Source: Candidatus Eiseniibacteriota bacterium (GTDB lineage: Bacteria > Eisenbacteria > RBG-16-71-46 > JACRLI01). From it: a stretch of DNA of 64,000 nt. The notes under the pieces were generated by a model. That model saw only the letters and a list, made by a program, of their open reading frames with translations. It was not told where the DNA came from and did no database searches. Both the position numbers and the translations under genes were made by a program. Positions 30,815-41,230 of this stretch are shown here, in pieces. Location of the stretch: assembly GCA_016235265.1 (NCBI GenBank), contig JACRLI010000022.1:9257-73256 (forward strand), given 5' to 3'. How positions within the stretch are numbered: position 1 is the first letter of the stretch; every line of letters begins with the position of its first letter.

Positions 30815-31059
30815 GCGCGCCGTCCGCCGGTGCCCGGGTGACGTTCGACCTGTCCGAGGTGCTCCCCGGCCGGGTGGAGGAGGCTGCCTTCAAGGCGGCG
30901 CTCGAGGGGCACGACTGGACGCGCTACCGCGGCGCCGAGCTGTGCCTCACCGGGTGCGCGCCCCTGTGGACCTACGTGTACGTCGCCGTGCGTGCCGCGG
31001 AGCACGCCGCGACGGTGAGCGTGGACGATGGAAGCGAGAACGGCGTGCGGGTGCGGTGA
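30811..31059 (+). CDS. Small hypothetical protein, DUF2480-like
   Basis: ATGA-coupled to iscA; FDLSEVL...[15 protein letters not shown]...[10 protein letters not shown] recalls the DUF2480 HDW.QY and P.WAYM motifs (recalled, not searched). Confidence 0.6.
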   Translation: MSAPSAGARVTFDLSEVLPGRVEEAAFKAALEGHDWTRYRGAELCLTGCAPLWTYVYVAVRAAEHAATVSVDDGSENGVRVR

Positions 31060-31111
31060 TGCCCGGAGCGCCCTGGAACATCACGAACCGCCGCTTGGCG
31101 AAGGACGCAGC

Positions 31112-31888
31112 ATGAACCCGGCGAACCTGATCGTGAAGGACCTCCACGTCAGCGTGGACGGCAAGCCGATCCTGAAGGGCCTCAACCTCGAGGTCCGCAA
31201 GGGGGAGGTGCACGCCATCATGGGACCCAACGGCTCCGGCAAGAGCACGCTGGCCAACACCATGATGGGCAACCCGAAATATGTCGTGGACCAGGGTGAC
31301 ATCCTGCTCGACGGCCAGAGCATCCTCGAGATGTCGGTGGACGAGCGGTCGCGCAAGGGCCTGTTCCTGGCCTTCCAGTACCCCACGCCCATCCCGGGCG
31401 TGAGCGTGGCCAATTTCCTGCGCACCGCGCTCAACGCGCGCCGCAAGGAAGAGGGCCTGGGCGCGATCCCGGTCAAGGAGTTCCGGGACCTGGTGAAGCG
31501 GCACATGGCCACGCTCAAGATGGACGATTCCTTCGCCGGCCGCTACCTGAACGAGGGATTCTCGGGAGGGGAGAAGAAGCGCGCGGAGGTGCTCCAGATG
31601 GCGGTGCTCCGCCCCCAGGTGGCGGTGCTGGACGAGACCGACTCGGGGCTGGACATCGACGCCCTCAAGATCGTCTCGGACGGCGTGAACGCGCTGCGCG
31701 GACCGGAACTGGGCGTGGTGGTGATCACCCACTACCAGCGGATCCTGAACTACATCACCCCGGACTTCGTCCACGTGCTGGTGGCCGGGCGCGTGGTGCA
31801 TTCCGGCGGGCCGGAACTGGCGCACGAACTGGAATCGAAGGGCTACGACTGGCTGCGTGAACCCGAGGCGGAGAACATCGGGGCCTGA
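31112..31888 (+). CDS. sufC: Fe-S cluster assembly ATPase SufC
   Basis: [46 protein letters not shown] and ITHYQRIL motifs. Confidence 0.97.
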   Translation: MNPANLIVKDLHVSVDGKPILKGLNLEVRKGEVHAIMGPNGSGKSTLANTMMGNPKYVVDQGDILLDGQSILEMSVDERSRKGLFLAFQYPTPIPGVSVANFLRTALNARRKEEGLGAIPVKEFRDLVKRHMATLKMDDSFAGRYLNEGFSGGEKKRAEVLQMAVLRPQVAVLDETDSGLDIDALKIVSDGVNALRGPELGVVVITHYQRILNYITPDFVHVLVAGRVVHSGGPELAHELESKGYDWLREPEAENIGA

Positions 31889-31929
31889 CCCCGGAGCCGG
31901 GCCCGCGGGCCGGATCGGAGTACGACATC

Positions 31930-33336
31930 ATGGCGGACGCGTTGGATGTTTCGCGCGAAGGCTACACCGAGAAATACGGGTTCCACGATGACGAGCAGCA
32001 CGTGTTCAAGATCCGCAAGGGCCTGGACGCGTCCATCGTGGAGGAGATCTCGCGCATGAAGGGCGAGCCGGACTGGATGCGGGAATTCCGGTTGAAGTCG
32101 CTCGACATCTTCATGAAGAAGCCCATGCCCAACTGGGGCGGCGACCTCTCGGGCATCGACTTCCAGGACATCTACTACTATGTGAAGCCCACCGACCAGG
32201 AGTCCCGCACCTGGGAGGACATCCCGGCGGACATGAAGCGGACCTTCGACCGCCTGGGGATCCCCGAGGCGGAGCAGAAGTTCCTGTCGGGCGTCGGCGC
32301 GCAGTACGACTCCGAGGTGGTGTACCACCGCATCAAGGAGGACCTCGAGAAGAAGGGCGTGGTGTTCCTGTCGTGCGATCACGGCCTGAAGGAACGGCCC
32401 GAGCTGTTCCGGGAGTACTTCGGCAAGCTGATCCCGCCCTCCGACAACAAGTTCGCGGCGCTGAACTCGGCCGTGTGGTCCGGCGGGTCGTTCATCTACG
32501 TCCCCAAGGGCGTGCGGGTGGACGTGCCGCTGCAGGCGTACTTCCGCATCAACACCAAGGACATGGGACAGTTCGAGCGCACGCTGATCATCGTGGACGA
32601 GGGCGCCTACGTGCACTACGTGGAAGGCTGCACCGCGCCCACGTACTCCAGCGACTCGCTGCACTCGGCGGTGGTGGAGATCTATGTGCGCCCCGGCGGG
32701 CGCTGCCGCTACACCACCATCCAGAACTGGTCGAACAACGTGTACAACCTGGTGACCAAGCGCGCCGCCGCCTACCGCGACGCCACCATGGAGTGGGTGG
32801 ACGGCAACCTGGGCAGCAAGCTGACCATGAAATACCCCGCGGTGCACCTGATGGAGCCGGGCGCGAAGGCGGAGGTGCTTTCGATCGCCTTCGCGGGCAA
32901 GGGCCAGCACCAGGACGCCGGGGCCAAGGCGGTGCACTTCGCCTCCAACACCACCTCCAGCGTGGTGTCCAAGTCCATCTCGCAGGGCGGCGGCCGCGCC
33001 GGCTATCGCGGGCTGGTGAAGATCGCCAAGGGGGCGGTGGACTGCAAGTCCACGGTGCGCTGCGACGCCCTGATCCTGGACGACCAGTCGCGCTCCGACA
33101 CCTACCCGACGATGGAGATCGAGGAGGACCGCGTTTCGGTGGGCCACGAGGCCACCGTCTCCAAGATCGGGGAGGAGCAGATGTTCTACCTGATGAGCCG
33201 GGGCCTGAGCGAAGCCGAGGCGTCCGCGATGATCGTGAGCGGCTTCATCGAGCCGGTGGTGAAGGAACTGCCGATGGAGTACGCCGTGGAAATGAACCGG
33301 CTGATCCAGCTGCAGATGGAAGGATCGGTGGGTTGA
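31930..33336 (+). CDS. sufB: Fe-S cluster assembly scaffold SufB
   Basis: [54 protein letters not shown] and ELPMEYAVE motifs. Confidence 0.97.
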   Translation: MADALDVSREGYTEKYGFHDDEQHVFKIRKGLDASIVEEISRMKGEPDWMREFRLKSLDIFMKKPMPNWGGDLSGIDFQDIYYYVKPTDQESRTWEDIPADMKRTFDRLGIPEAEQKFLSGVGAQYDSEVVYHRIKEDLEKKGVVFLSCDHGLKERPELFREYFGKLIPPSDNKFAALNSAVWSGGSFIYVPKGVRVDVPLQAYFRINTKDMGQFERTLIIVDEGAYVHYVEGCTAPTYSSDSLHSAVVEIYVRPGGRCRYTTIQNWSNNVYNLVTKRAAAYRDATMEWVDGNLGSKLTMKYPAVHLMEPGAKAEVLSIAFAGKGQHQDAGAKAVHFASNTTSSVVSKSISQGGGRAGYRGLVKIAKGAVDCKSTVRCDALILDDQSRSDTYPTMEIEEDRVSVGHEATVSKIGEEQMFYLMSRGLSEAEASAMIVSGFIEPVVKELPMEYAVEMNRLIQLQMEGSVG

Positions 33337-34670
33337 TGGCCATCCTCAAGAGGTCCCCGGCGACCCGGGAACTGCCTGCCACATTCGGCGAGGAGGCGCT
33401 GCGGGCGTTGCCGTCCGCGGCGAAGGAGCCCGCATGGCTCTCGGCCCGGCGCCGCGAGGCGCTGGAGCGCGCCGCCGAACGGGCATTCCCGATGCGCGAC
33501 GACCCGCAGTGGCGCCGCACCGACCCGGCGCGCTTCCGGCTCGACGGGCTCACCCCCGCGCCCGCGGCGGGCCCGGGCTCCGGCGAGGCGCTGAACGCGC
33601 TGCTCCGCGACCTGCCGCAGGCCGAGGGGCGTGGCGGCCTGGTGGCCACGGTGGACGGGGTGGTCGTCCGGGAGGACGTCTCCCCGGAAGTGGCGGCCGC
33701 CGGCACGGTGCTGGCCGGGTTCGATTCCGCCGCGCGCGGGCACGGCGACATGCTGCAGGCCGGCCTGCCTCCGGCCACCGCGCGCGCGGACCGCTGGTCC
33801 CACCTGAACGCCGCGTTCGTCACCGGCGGCGCGCTGGTGCGCGTGCCGCGCGGTGCCACGGTGGAGGCCCCGCTCTGGGTCCTGCACCGGGTGGACGCCC
33901 CGGGCCGCGCCGCGTTCCTGCACACCGTGATCCACGTCGAGGCCGGGGCCTCCGTCACCGTGGTGGAGTTGCTCCACGGGGACGACGCCGCGGCCTCGCT
34001 GGCGCATCAGGAACTGGACGTGCGGGTGGAGGCGGGCGGCCGGCTGCGCTACCTGCGCATCCAGGAGCTGGGGGCCGCCACCGCGTTCCTCTCCAGCGAG
34101 CGGCTCCTGCTGGAGCGCGACGCCAGCGCCGAGTGGGGCTGGGGGGCGTTGGGCGCGGCGGTGGCCCGTTCCGAGATGACCGCGAGCCTGCGCGGCGAGG
34201 GATCACACGCGGTGCTGGCGGGCTTCTACCACGGCGCCGGCACGCGCCACCTGGACCACCGCACGTTCCAGGACCACGTAAAGGGCCACACCACCTCGGA
34301 CCTGCTGTACAAGGGAGCGCTGGAGCAGAGAGGCAGCTCGGTGTACACCGGCCTGATCAAGGTGCACAAGGACGCGCAGCGCTCCGACGCCTACCAGGCC
34401 AACCGCAACCTGCTCCTGGCCGACACCGCGCGCGCGGACTCGATCCCCTCGCTGGAGATCGAGGCCAACGACGTGCGCTGCACCCACGGCGCCACCGTGG
34501 GCCAGCTCGACGAGGAGCAGCTGTTCTACCTCCGCAGCCGCGGCATCCGGCGCTCCGAGGCGGCGCGCCTGATCGTGGAGGGGTTCTACGAGCCGGTGTT
34601 CGACCGCCTGGGCGCGGAATCGCTGCGCGACCTGGCGCGCGCGCGGCTCACCGGGAGGCTGATCTTGTGA
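33336..34670 (+). CDS. sufD: Fe-S cluster assembly protein SufD
   Basis: WRRTD, TTSDLLYKG, AQRSDAYQANRNLLL, PSLEIEANDVRCTHGATVGQLDEEQLFYLRSRGI. Confidence 0.94.
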   Translation: MAILKRSPATRELPATFGEEALRALPSAAKEPAWLSARRREALERAAERAFPMRDDPQWRRTDPARFRLDGLTPAPAAGPGSGEALNALLRDLPQAEGRGGLVATVDGVVVREDVSPEVAAAGTVLAGFDSAARGHGDMLQAGLPPATARADRWSHLNAAFVTGGALVRVPRGATVEAPLWVLHRVDAPGRAAFLHTVIHVEAGASVTVVELLHGDDAAASLAHQELDVRVEAGGRLRYLRIQELGAATAFLSSERLLLERDASAEWGWGALGAAVARSEMTASLRGEGSHAVLAGFYHGAGTRHLDHRTFQDHVKGHTTSDLLYKGALEQRGSSVYTGLIKVHKDAQRSDAYQANRNLLLADTARADSIPSLEIEANDVRCTHGATVGQLDEEQLFYLRSRGIRRSEAARLIVEGFYEPVFDRLGAESLRDLARARLTGRLIL

Positions 34671-34672
34671 CC

Positions 34673-35905
34673 ATGACGCCATCGACCCGGGAGGGCCTGG
34701 AATCGCTGCGCGCGGAGTTCCCCATCCTCGCGCGCAGGATCCACGGCAAGCCGCTGGTCTACCTCGACAGCGCCGCCACCAGCCAGAAGCCGCGGGCGGT
34801 GCTCCGGGTCATGGAGCATTTCTACGAGCACACCAACTCGAACATCCACCGCGGCGTGTATTCACTCAGCGAGGAGGCCACGGCGCTCTTCGAGGGGGCG
34901 CGCTCGCGCGTGGCGCGCTTCCTGGGGGTGCCCGCCCGGGAACTGGTGTTCACCCGCAATGCCACCGAGGCGGTGAACCTGGTCTCGTACGCCTGGGCCC
35001 GCTCCACGCTCAAGGCCGGCGATGCCGTGGTGCTCACCGAGATGGAGCACCACGCGAACCTGGTTCCGTGGCACATCCTGCGCGACGAGCGCGGCATCGA
35101 GCTCCGCTACATCCCCGTCACCCCCGAGGGCCGGCTGGACCTCTCCGGCCTCGACCGGCTGCTGGACGGGGCGAAGCTGCTGGGGGTGACCCACGTCTCC
35201 AACGTGGTCGGCACCATCAACCCGGTGCGCGACCTGGCGGCCCGCGCCCACGCGGCCGGCGCCCTGGTGCTGGTGGACGGCGCCCAGAGCGCGCCGCACC
35301 TGCCGCTGTCGGTGCCGGAACTGGGCTGCGATTTCTTCGCCTTCACCGGGCACAAGATGCTCGGGCCGACCGGTATCGGCGGCCTGTGGGCGCGCCGCGA
35401 GCTGCTGGAGGCCATGCCGCCGTTCATGGGTGGCGGGGACATGATCCGCGAGGTGCGCCTCACGGGCTCGCGGTGGAACGAAGTCCCGCACAAGTTCGAG
35501 GCCGGCACGCCGGCGATCGCCGAGGCGGTGGGGCTGGGGGCGGCGGTGGACTTCATGGAGGCGGCGGGCCGGGAGACGGTCCACGCCCACGAGCAGGCGC
35601 TGGTGAGGCTCGCGCTGGAGCGTCTGGCCGAAATCCCCGGGCTCACCGTGCTGGGCCCGCCGGCCGCCGAGCGTTGCGCCCTGGCGGCCTTCACCGTGGA
35701 CGGGGTGCACCCCCACGACATCGCCGCGGTCCTGGACCGGGAGGGCGTGGCGGTGCGCGCCGGCCACCACTGTGCCATGCCGCTGCACGAGAAACTGGGC
35801 GTGCACGCCAGTGCGCGGGCCAGCTTCCACGTGTATAATCAGGCCTCGGACGTGGACGCGCTGCTGCGCGGGCTGCGCAAGGCCGTGGACCTCTTCAGGG
35901 CGTAG
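34673..35905 (+). CDS. sufS: Cysteine desulfurase SufS
   Basis: YLDSAATSQKP, NIHRG, EMEHHANLVPW, FTGHKMLGPTG (PLP Lys), FEAGTP and RAGHHCA (group II) motifs. Confidence 0.96.
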   Translation: MTPSTREGLESLRAEFPILARRIHGKPLVYLDSAATSQKPRAVLRVMEHFYEHTNSNIHRGVYSLSEEATALFEGARSRVARFLGVPARELVFTRNATEAVNLVSYAWARSTLKAGDAVVLTEMEHHANLVPWHILRDERGIELRYIPVTPEGRLDLSGLDRLLDGAKLLGVTHVSNVVGTINPVRDLAARAHAAGALVLVDGAQSAPHLPLSVPELGCDFFAFTGHKMLGPTGIGGLWARRELLEAMPPFMGGGDMIREVRLTGSRWNEVPHKFEAGTPAIAEAVGLGAAVDFMEAAGRETVHAHEQALVRLALERLAEIPGLTVLGPPAAERCALAAFTVDGVHPHDIAAVLDREGVAVRAGHHCAMPLHEKLGVHASARASFHVYNQASDVDALLRGLRKAVDLFRA

Positions 35906-35910
35906 GGAAC

Positions 35911-36351
35911 GTGGAAGACCTGTACCGGGAGCACATTCTCGACCACTACAAGCACCCCCGGAACCGGGGCACGATCGAGAACCCCGACATCACCTTCGAG
36001 GACTCCAACCCGCTGTGCGGCGACGAGCTGCGCATCGACATGCGGGTGGAGAACGGCGTGGTGGTGGACGTGAAATTCTCCGGGAACGGCTGCTCCATCA
36101 GCCAGGCCGCGGCCTCCATGCTCACCGAGCGGATCAAGGGCCAGCCGGTGGAGGCGCTGAAGGGCATTTCCCGCGAGGCGATCCTGGAGGACCTGGGCAT
36201 CGCCCTCGGTCCGGTGCGGTTGAAGTGCGCGCTGCTGGCGCTCAAGGTGATGAAGGGTGGCGTGTACGGCATCCACGAGTGGCCCGGGGAGGGTCCGTCC
36301 GGGGAAGGCGACGCCGGGGAGCCCGGAGCGGAGACCGGGCAGCGCGACTGA
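35911..36351 (+). CDS. sufU: SUF-system NifU-like sulfur acceptor SufU
   Basis: LYREHILDHYKHPRNRG, NPLCGD, GCSISQAAAS and RLKCALL motifs. Confidence 0.92.
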   Translation: MEDLYREHILDHYKHPRNRGTIENPDITFEDSNPLCGDELRIDMRVENGVVVDVKFSGNGCSISQAAASMLTERIKGQPVEALKGISREAILEDLGIALGPVRLKCALLALKVMKGGVYGIHEWPGEGPSGEGDAGEPGAETGQRD

Positions 36352-36374
36352 ACATCCGAAAGGAAATCATCACC

Positions 36375-36668
36375 GTGGCCACCGAAGCCGAAATCCGAAC
36401 CGCGCTCGAAGAGGTGATGGACCCGGAGCTGCTGCTCTCGGTGGTGGACCTCGGCATGGTCCGCGAGGTGCGCCTCGGCATGGACGGCCACCCCACCGAG
36501 GTGGACCTCATCCTCACCACGCCCTTCTGTCCCTACGGGCCCATGCTGGTGGAGCAGATCACCGCCGTCGTGGAGCGCGTCACCGCCGGCCCCGCCAAGG
36601 TGGACGTGCTGGCCGATCCGTGGGACCCCTCCATGATGCCCGACCCCTCGCTGCTGGGGCACTGGTAG
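36375..36668 (+). CDS. DUF59 / SufT-like Fe-S maturation protein
   Basis: LEEVMDPELLLSVVDLGMV...LTTPFCP...PWDPSMM; AAGGA RBS. Confidence 0.9.
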   Translation: MATEAEIRTALEEVMDPELLLSVVDLGMVREVRLGMDGHPTEVDLILTTPFCPYGPMLVEQITAVVERVTAGPAKVDVLADPWDPSMMPDPSLLGHW

Positions 36669-36676
36669 GCCCGCCC

Positions 36677-39007
36677 ATGGCCGCCCGGATCGCCGCGATC
36701 CGCGCCGTGCTCCGCTGCTCGCTGCTCTTCCCGGCGCTCCTGTGCCAGCCAGCCGTGCCGGTTCGCGCGGAGATCGTGCCCGGCCGCGTCGTGGTGGGCC
36801 TGGCATCGGGCGCCGGCTCCGCGCCCCTCGCGGCGCGGGCGCGCGCCTGGGGCCTGGCCGCGCCCCGCCCGGATCCCTCGCGGGAGGCCGGGCTGGCGCC
36901 GCTGGGCGCGGTCGTGCTCGAGGTCCCCGCGGGCACCGAGCGCTCCTGGGCCGCGCGGCTGCGGGACGAGCCCGGGATCCGCTATGCCGAGCCGGACGCG
37001 CTGTTCCATGCGGCCATCGCGCCCTCCGACTCGCTCTACCCGCGCCAGTGGCACCTGCGCAACTCCGGCCAGCTGCAGCCGGGCACTGCCGGACACGACC
37101 TCGGCGCGGAGCCGGCCTGGAATCGGGTGCGCGACTCCGGCTTCCTGCTGATCGGCGTGCTGGATTCCGGCTCGGACTTCGCGCACCCCGACCTCGGCAC
37201 CAACCTCTTCCGCCGCCCGGTGCGCCGGCCCCCGGCTCCCGGCGAACCCGCGGACCCGTTCCCGGGCGACACCCTGGGGTGGAACTTCATCTCCAACACC
37301 CCCGACCCGACGGACGACTTCGGGCACGGCACCGGCGTGGCCGGCGTGCTCGGCGCGCTGGGCGACAACCGGCGCGGCGTGGCCGGGGTGCTGTGGCGCA
37401 CCCAGCTGCTCAGCGTGAAGGTGCTCGGTGCCCGGGGCACGGGCAGCGGGACGCAGATCGCCGCCGGGGTGGTGTACGCGGTGGACTCGGGCGCCCGCAT
37501 CCTCAATCTCAGCGTGTCCGGGGAGGACTTCTCCACCCCGCTGCGCGACGCGCTGGCCTACGCGCGCGACCGCGGCGCGCTGGCGGTGCTGGCCGCAGGC
37601 AACGACGGTGCCAACCTGGACGTGAGCCCCAGGTACCCGGCTTCCTTCGACCTCGACAACCTGGTGGTGGTCGGGGCCAGCGACCTGGCCGACACGCTGT
37701 TGCTGTTCTCCGGCCGCGGCAGCCGCGTGACGCTGTCGGCGCCGGGCATCGAGATCTGGACCACGAAGCGGGGGGGAGGCTACGAGGCGGCCAGCGGCAC
37801 CTCGTTCGCCGCGCCGCAGGCGGCCGCGGCCGCGGCGCTGTACTGGACACTCCGGCCGTGGGAGAACTACCGCCAGGTGATGGATGCCCTGGCAGCCGCG
37901 GTAAAACCCGTGGAGGGGCTGGCGGGCAAGGTGGCGACCGGCGGCCGCCTGGACCTGGCGCACCTGGTGGACGAGGCGCTGGGGGACTCGTTCCCGCCGG
38001 CGCGGGCCGTGGACCTGGCGCCGCTGCTGCTGGGAGTGAACCGCGCCACCTGCACGCTTACCGCTCCCGGCGAGGACGGCCGGCGCGGGCGCGCCGCCGC
38101 CTACGAAGCGCGCTGGTCCACTGCTCCGCTGGGCGAAGCCTCATTCGACACCGCACAGCCCGTGGTCGTGGCGCGCCGGCCGGCGTTCGGTGGCTCGCGC
38201 GACACGGTGGTCTTCTCCGGGCTGCCGCCGCGGCGGACGGTGCACCTGGCGCTGCGCGCGCTGGACCGCTACCACACGCGCGGGCCGGTCTCCAACGACG
38301 TGGTGGTGACCCTGCAGGCGCCGCCCACCATCATGGTGTCGCCGGCTTCGCTGGCGGTGCAGGTTTCCGCGGGCGCCAACGCCTCGAGGTTCTTCAGGAT
38401 CCACAACCTCGGGGACGCGAGACTGGACGGTTCGCTGCCGCCCTTCGACGCGCCCGGGGTGGCGTGGGGGATCTCGGTGGTGGGAATCGACCTGTTCAAG
38501 ATCGCCGCGCACGACTCGGCCCGGGTGCGCGTGGACGTGGACGCCACCGACATCGCCGAGGGCAGCACCGTGGTGTTCCGCTCCGAGATCCGGTCCAACG
38601 ACCCGGAGTCACCGCGGGTGCCGTTCGAAGTGAGTGTCACCGCGACGGCGCCGAAGACGTCCGGGGACCGCGACTCGGCCGCGACCCCCGGGGGGGTGGC
38701 GAAGTCCCCGGCCATCGCCGGGCGCGCCGAAGACTACCGTGTCACCCCGATGCCCATGGCCCCGGGCGCCGCGGCGCGGTTCCGACTCGGCGCCTCGTGG
38801 GCCGCGGTGGCGGGCTTTCGAGCCCGGGTGCTGGATGTGGCCGGCCGTGAGGCGGCGCGACTCGAGGCCCCCGCGGCAGGCCGGGATCCGGTGCTCGAGT
38901 GGGGCGGGCGCCTGCGCTCGGGCGTTCCGGCGGCCTCGGGAATCTACTTCCTGGAGGTCGGCGGAGCCGGCCGCCGCCAGGTGACCCGCTTCCTGCGCCT
39001 GCGCTGA
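36677..39007 (+). CDS. Secreted S8 (subtilisin-family) serine peptidase with FN3-like and FlgD-Ig-like C-terminal domains
   Basis: Catalytic triad motifs VLDSG, HGTGVAG and SGTSFAAP; AAGN oxyanion motif; C-terminal DVAGR...W.G...ASGIYF. Confidence 0.9.
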   Translation: MAARIAAIRAVLRCSLLFPALLCQPAVPVRAEIVPGRVVVGLASGAGSAPLAARARAWGLAAPRPDPSREAGLAPLGAVVLEVPAGTERSWAARLRDEPGIRYAEPDALFHAAIAPSDSLYPRQWHLRNSGQLQPGTAGHDLGAEPAWNRVRDSGFLLIGVLDSGSDFAHPDLGTNLFRRPVRRPPAPGEPADPFPGDTLGWNFISNTPDPTDDFGHGTGVAGVLGALGDNRRGVAGVLWRTQLLSVKVLGARGTGSGTQIAAGVVYAVDSGARILNLSVSGEDFSTPLRDALAYARDRGALAVLAAGNDGANLDVSPRYPASFDLDNLVVVGASDLADTLLLFSGRGSRVTLSAPGIEIWTTKRGGGYEAASGTSFAAPQAAAAAALYWTLRPWENYRQVMDALAAAVKPVEGLAGKVATGGRLDLAHLVDEALGDSFPPARAVDLAPLLLGVNRATCTLTAPGEDGRRGRAAAYEARWSTAPLGEASFDTAQPVVVARRPAFGGSRDTVVFSGLPPRRTVHLALRALDRYHTRGPVSNDVVVTLQAPPTIMVSPASLAVQVSAGANASRFFRIHNLGDARLDGSLPPFDAPGVAWGISVVGIDLFKIAAHDSARVRVDVDATDIAEGSTVVFRSEIRSNDPESPRVPFEVSVTATAPKTSGDRDSAATPGGVAKSPAIAGRAEDYRVTPMPMAPGAAARFRLGASWAAVAGFRARVLDVAGREAARLEAPAAGRDPVLEWGGRLRSGVPAASGIYFLEVGGAGRRQVTRFLRLR

Positions 39008-39084
39008 TCCCGCAGTCCGCTCCGGGCGCCAGCCTGCGCCGATCCCACACCCGCACCGGGCCCGCGCCAGCTCCCCGCGCGCCG

Positions 39085-39867
39085 CTACTTCGCCTTCGGC
39101 AGGTCCTTCAGCCACTCCTGCGCGAACTCGCGCGCCGCCCCGGTGGCCTCGCGACCCGCGCGGTACCACATCTTCCACTCCTCGGGCCTGGCCTCGAGGG
39201 TCTTGTCCGCGAAGTGCTTCTTGTAGCCCACCTTGGTGAGCTCGGCGTCGAAGTTGATGTCCGCGGTGGTGGCCAGGAACTCGCTGAGCCGCTTGCGCAG
39301 CGACACGTTGGGATCGGCGGGCGGGATCTTCGCGGATGCCATCTTCGCGTTGTACTCCGCCAGCTCCTTGTCATAGCGCGCCTTCCGCTTGTCGTAGTCG
39401 GCCTTCGCCGCGCCCTTGCTGGACTTCACCTGGGCCATGGCCTGCTTCATCTGCTCCTGCATCTCGGGCGGCATGTTGGCCATGTTGTCCTTCATCGCCT
39501 TCATGGCCTTGGCGGCGTTCGCGTCGGCCTGTTCGGCCCCGGCGGCGTTGTCCAGGGGCGGGACCGGCTTGCGCGGGGTCTCGGAGGCGACGTACTGGGA
39601 GTAGCGCGTCTTGAACTCGGCGGACTCGAAGTAGGCCCGCGTGAACGAGCCGAGGGCTCGCACCACCTCCGCGCGCCTGCCGGCGGGAATGGCCTTGAGG
39701 GCCGATGCCCCGTCCGGCACGCCCTTGAGGCCGCGCGCGAGGCCGTAGTACAGGTGCTCTTTCGCCTGGTCCTTGTCGATCTCGTACTGGCTGAACACGT
39801 CGGCGGCAAGGAGGGCCACCGGGAGCGCGACGGCGGCCAGCAGCAGGAACGGGATCACACGTCTCAT
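39085..39867 (-). CDS. Hypothetical secreted alpha-helical protein
   Basis: Signal peptide MRRVIPFLLLAAVALPVALLA; GGAG RBS; typical codon usage; Met/Lys/Gln-rich coiled region. Confidence 0.8.
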   Translation of the reverse strand: MRRVIPFLLLAAVALPVALLAADVFSQYEIDKDQAKEHLYYGLARGLKGVPDGASALKAIPAGRRAEVVRALGSFTRAYFESAEFKTRYSQYVASETPRKPVPPLDNAAGAEQADANAAKAMKAMKDNMANMPPEMQEQMKQAMAQVKSSKGAAKADYDKRKARYDKELAEYNAKMASAKIPPADPNVSLRKRLSEFLATTADINFDAELTKVGYKKHFADKTLEARPEEWKMWYRAGREATGAAREFAQEWLKDLPKAK

Positions 39868-39988
39868 GGATTCCTCCGATTCCGGGTTCGATGACGGGGG
39901 ATGATGGGGGATCGCGGGGCCGCCGACTTCCTGGCTTCCCGCGGCCCGTGGCGGCCAGCCGCCGCCCGGGGTTCGGTGTACTGTACGG

Positions 39989-40819
39989 TCAGCCCCGGGC
40001 CGCGGCCACCAGCTGCTTCACCCGCTCCGCGTCTACCGGGTTCGAGACGTCGCCCTCGCGCTTCACCCACGTACCCACCACCGCGCCGTCGCAGGCCGCG
40101 AACCACGCCGCGGCGGTCTCCAGCGTGACCCCGCTGGCCACCAGCAGCGGCGCCGATGGCAGCGCGGCCCTCACCCGGGCGGCATCCTCGAGGGAGGCCG
40201 GCTTGCCGGTGCCCGAGCCGGTGACCAGCAGCGCGTCGGCGGCCCCGCGCAGGTAGGTGTCCTCGGCAGCCTGCTCCAGCTCTAGCGGCGCCAGGGGGGA
40301 GGCATGCTTCACCAGGATGTCCGCGAAGATCAGCGCGGCGCTGCCCAGGGCGCGCCGCAGCCGCACCGTCCCGGCCGCCCGGCCCTGGATCAGGCCCTGG
40401 TCGGTGACCATTGCGCCGGTGTGCACGTTCACCCGGATGAAGTCGGCGTCACAGGCCGCGGCGATGCCCAGCGCGGCTTCCGCGTCGCTGCGCAGCACGT
40501 TCACGCCCAGGGGCACGCGCGCCTCGCGCCGCAGTTCCGCCACCGCGCGGGCCATGGCGGCCGTGGTCACCGGGGGCACGCGGTCGGCGTGAAACGGCTC
40601 GTCACCGAAGTTCTCCACGATGATCGCCCGCGCCCCTCCCGCCTGAAGCGAGCTCGCGTCGGCCAGGGCGTGTTCGATCACCGCGTTCATGCCCCCGCGG
40701 CCCTCCGCGGCGGGGCGGTGGCGCGGCGCCCCGGGGAGCGGCAGCAGGTGCACCACGCCCACCAGCAGCGGCCGGTCGCGGTCCTTCGGGCCGAAGAGCG
40801 CCCGGAATGCCTGGCTCAC
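39989..40819 (-). CDS. BtpA/SgcQ family TIM-barrel protein
   Basis: GVVHLLPLPGAP, IVENFGDEPF, PLGVNVLRSD, FIRVNV, ADILVKHA and ADALLVTGSGTG motifs. Confidence 0.92.
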   Translation of the reverse strand: MSQAFRALFGPKDRDRPLLVGVVHLLPLPGAPRHRPAAEGRGGMNAVIEHALADASSLQAGGARAIIVENFGDEPFHADRVPPVTTAAMARAVAELRREARVPLGVNVLRSDAEAALGIAAACDADFIRVNVHTGAMVTDQGLIQGRAAGTVRLRRALGSAALIFADILVKHASPLAPLELEQAAEDTYLRGAADALLVTGSGTGKPASLEDAARVRAALPSAPLLVASGVTLETAAAWFAACDGAVVGTWVKREGDVSNPVDAERVKQLVAAARG

Positions 40820-40861
40820 GAGTGCCTCCGGTTCAGGGGCGGTCGTCCGCCCGCGGGGGGG

Positions 40862-41230
40862 TCATTTCTCGAAGAACATCCTTCCGGCCACCAGGAACAG
40901 GAAGACCGCGAAGGCCTTTCGGAGCAGCGGCTCGGAGACCTTCCCGATGAGCGACGAGGTGATCAGTGAGCCCACGACGAAGCCCACCGCCAGGAACACT
41001 GCGGCGTGCAGGTTTCTCGGGCCGACGCAGCCCTGCTTCCAGTACTCGTACACCGCCACCAGGCCCAGGGGCGGCACCATCATCATCAGCGAGGTCCCCT
41101 GGGCCTCCTTCTGGCCAAACTTGAAGAGGTAGACCAGCGCGGGGATGGCGATGATGCCCCCGCCGATCCCGAAGAACCCGGCGGTGGCACCCACTCCCGC
41201 CCCCAGCGCCACGAGGAGCATCCAGTTCAC
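40862..41230 (-). CDS. Half-size TSUP (TauE/SafE) family membrane protein
   Basis: GFFGIGGGIIAIPAL...QKEAQGTSL...LLRKAFAVFL; hydrophobic throughout. Confidence 0.85.
   Translation of the reverse strand: MNWMLLVALGAGVGATAGFFGIGGGIIAIPALVYLFKFGQKEAQGTSLMMMVPPLGLVAVYEYWKQGCVGPRNLHAAVFLAVGFVVGSLITSSLIGKVSEPLLRKAFAVFLFLVAGRMFFEK

Noticed and set aside
31057..31062. TGA-TGC at the end of the DUF2480-like ORF as a possible Sec-Cys read-through, given selB
   Set aside because: Read-through would run deep into sufC in another frame with non-protein-like sequence, and no convincing SECIS hairpin follows
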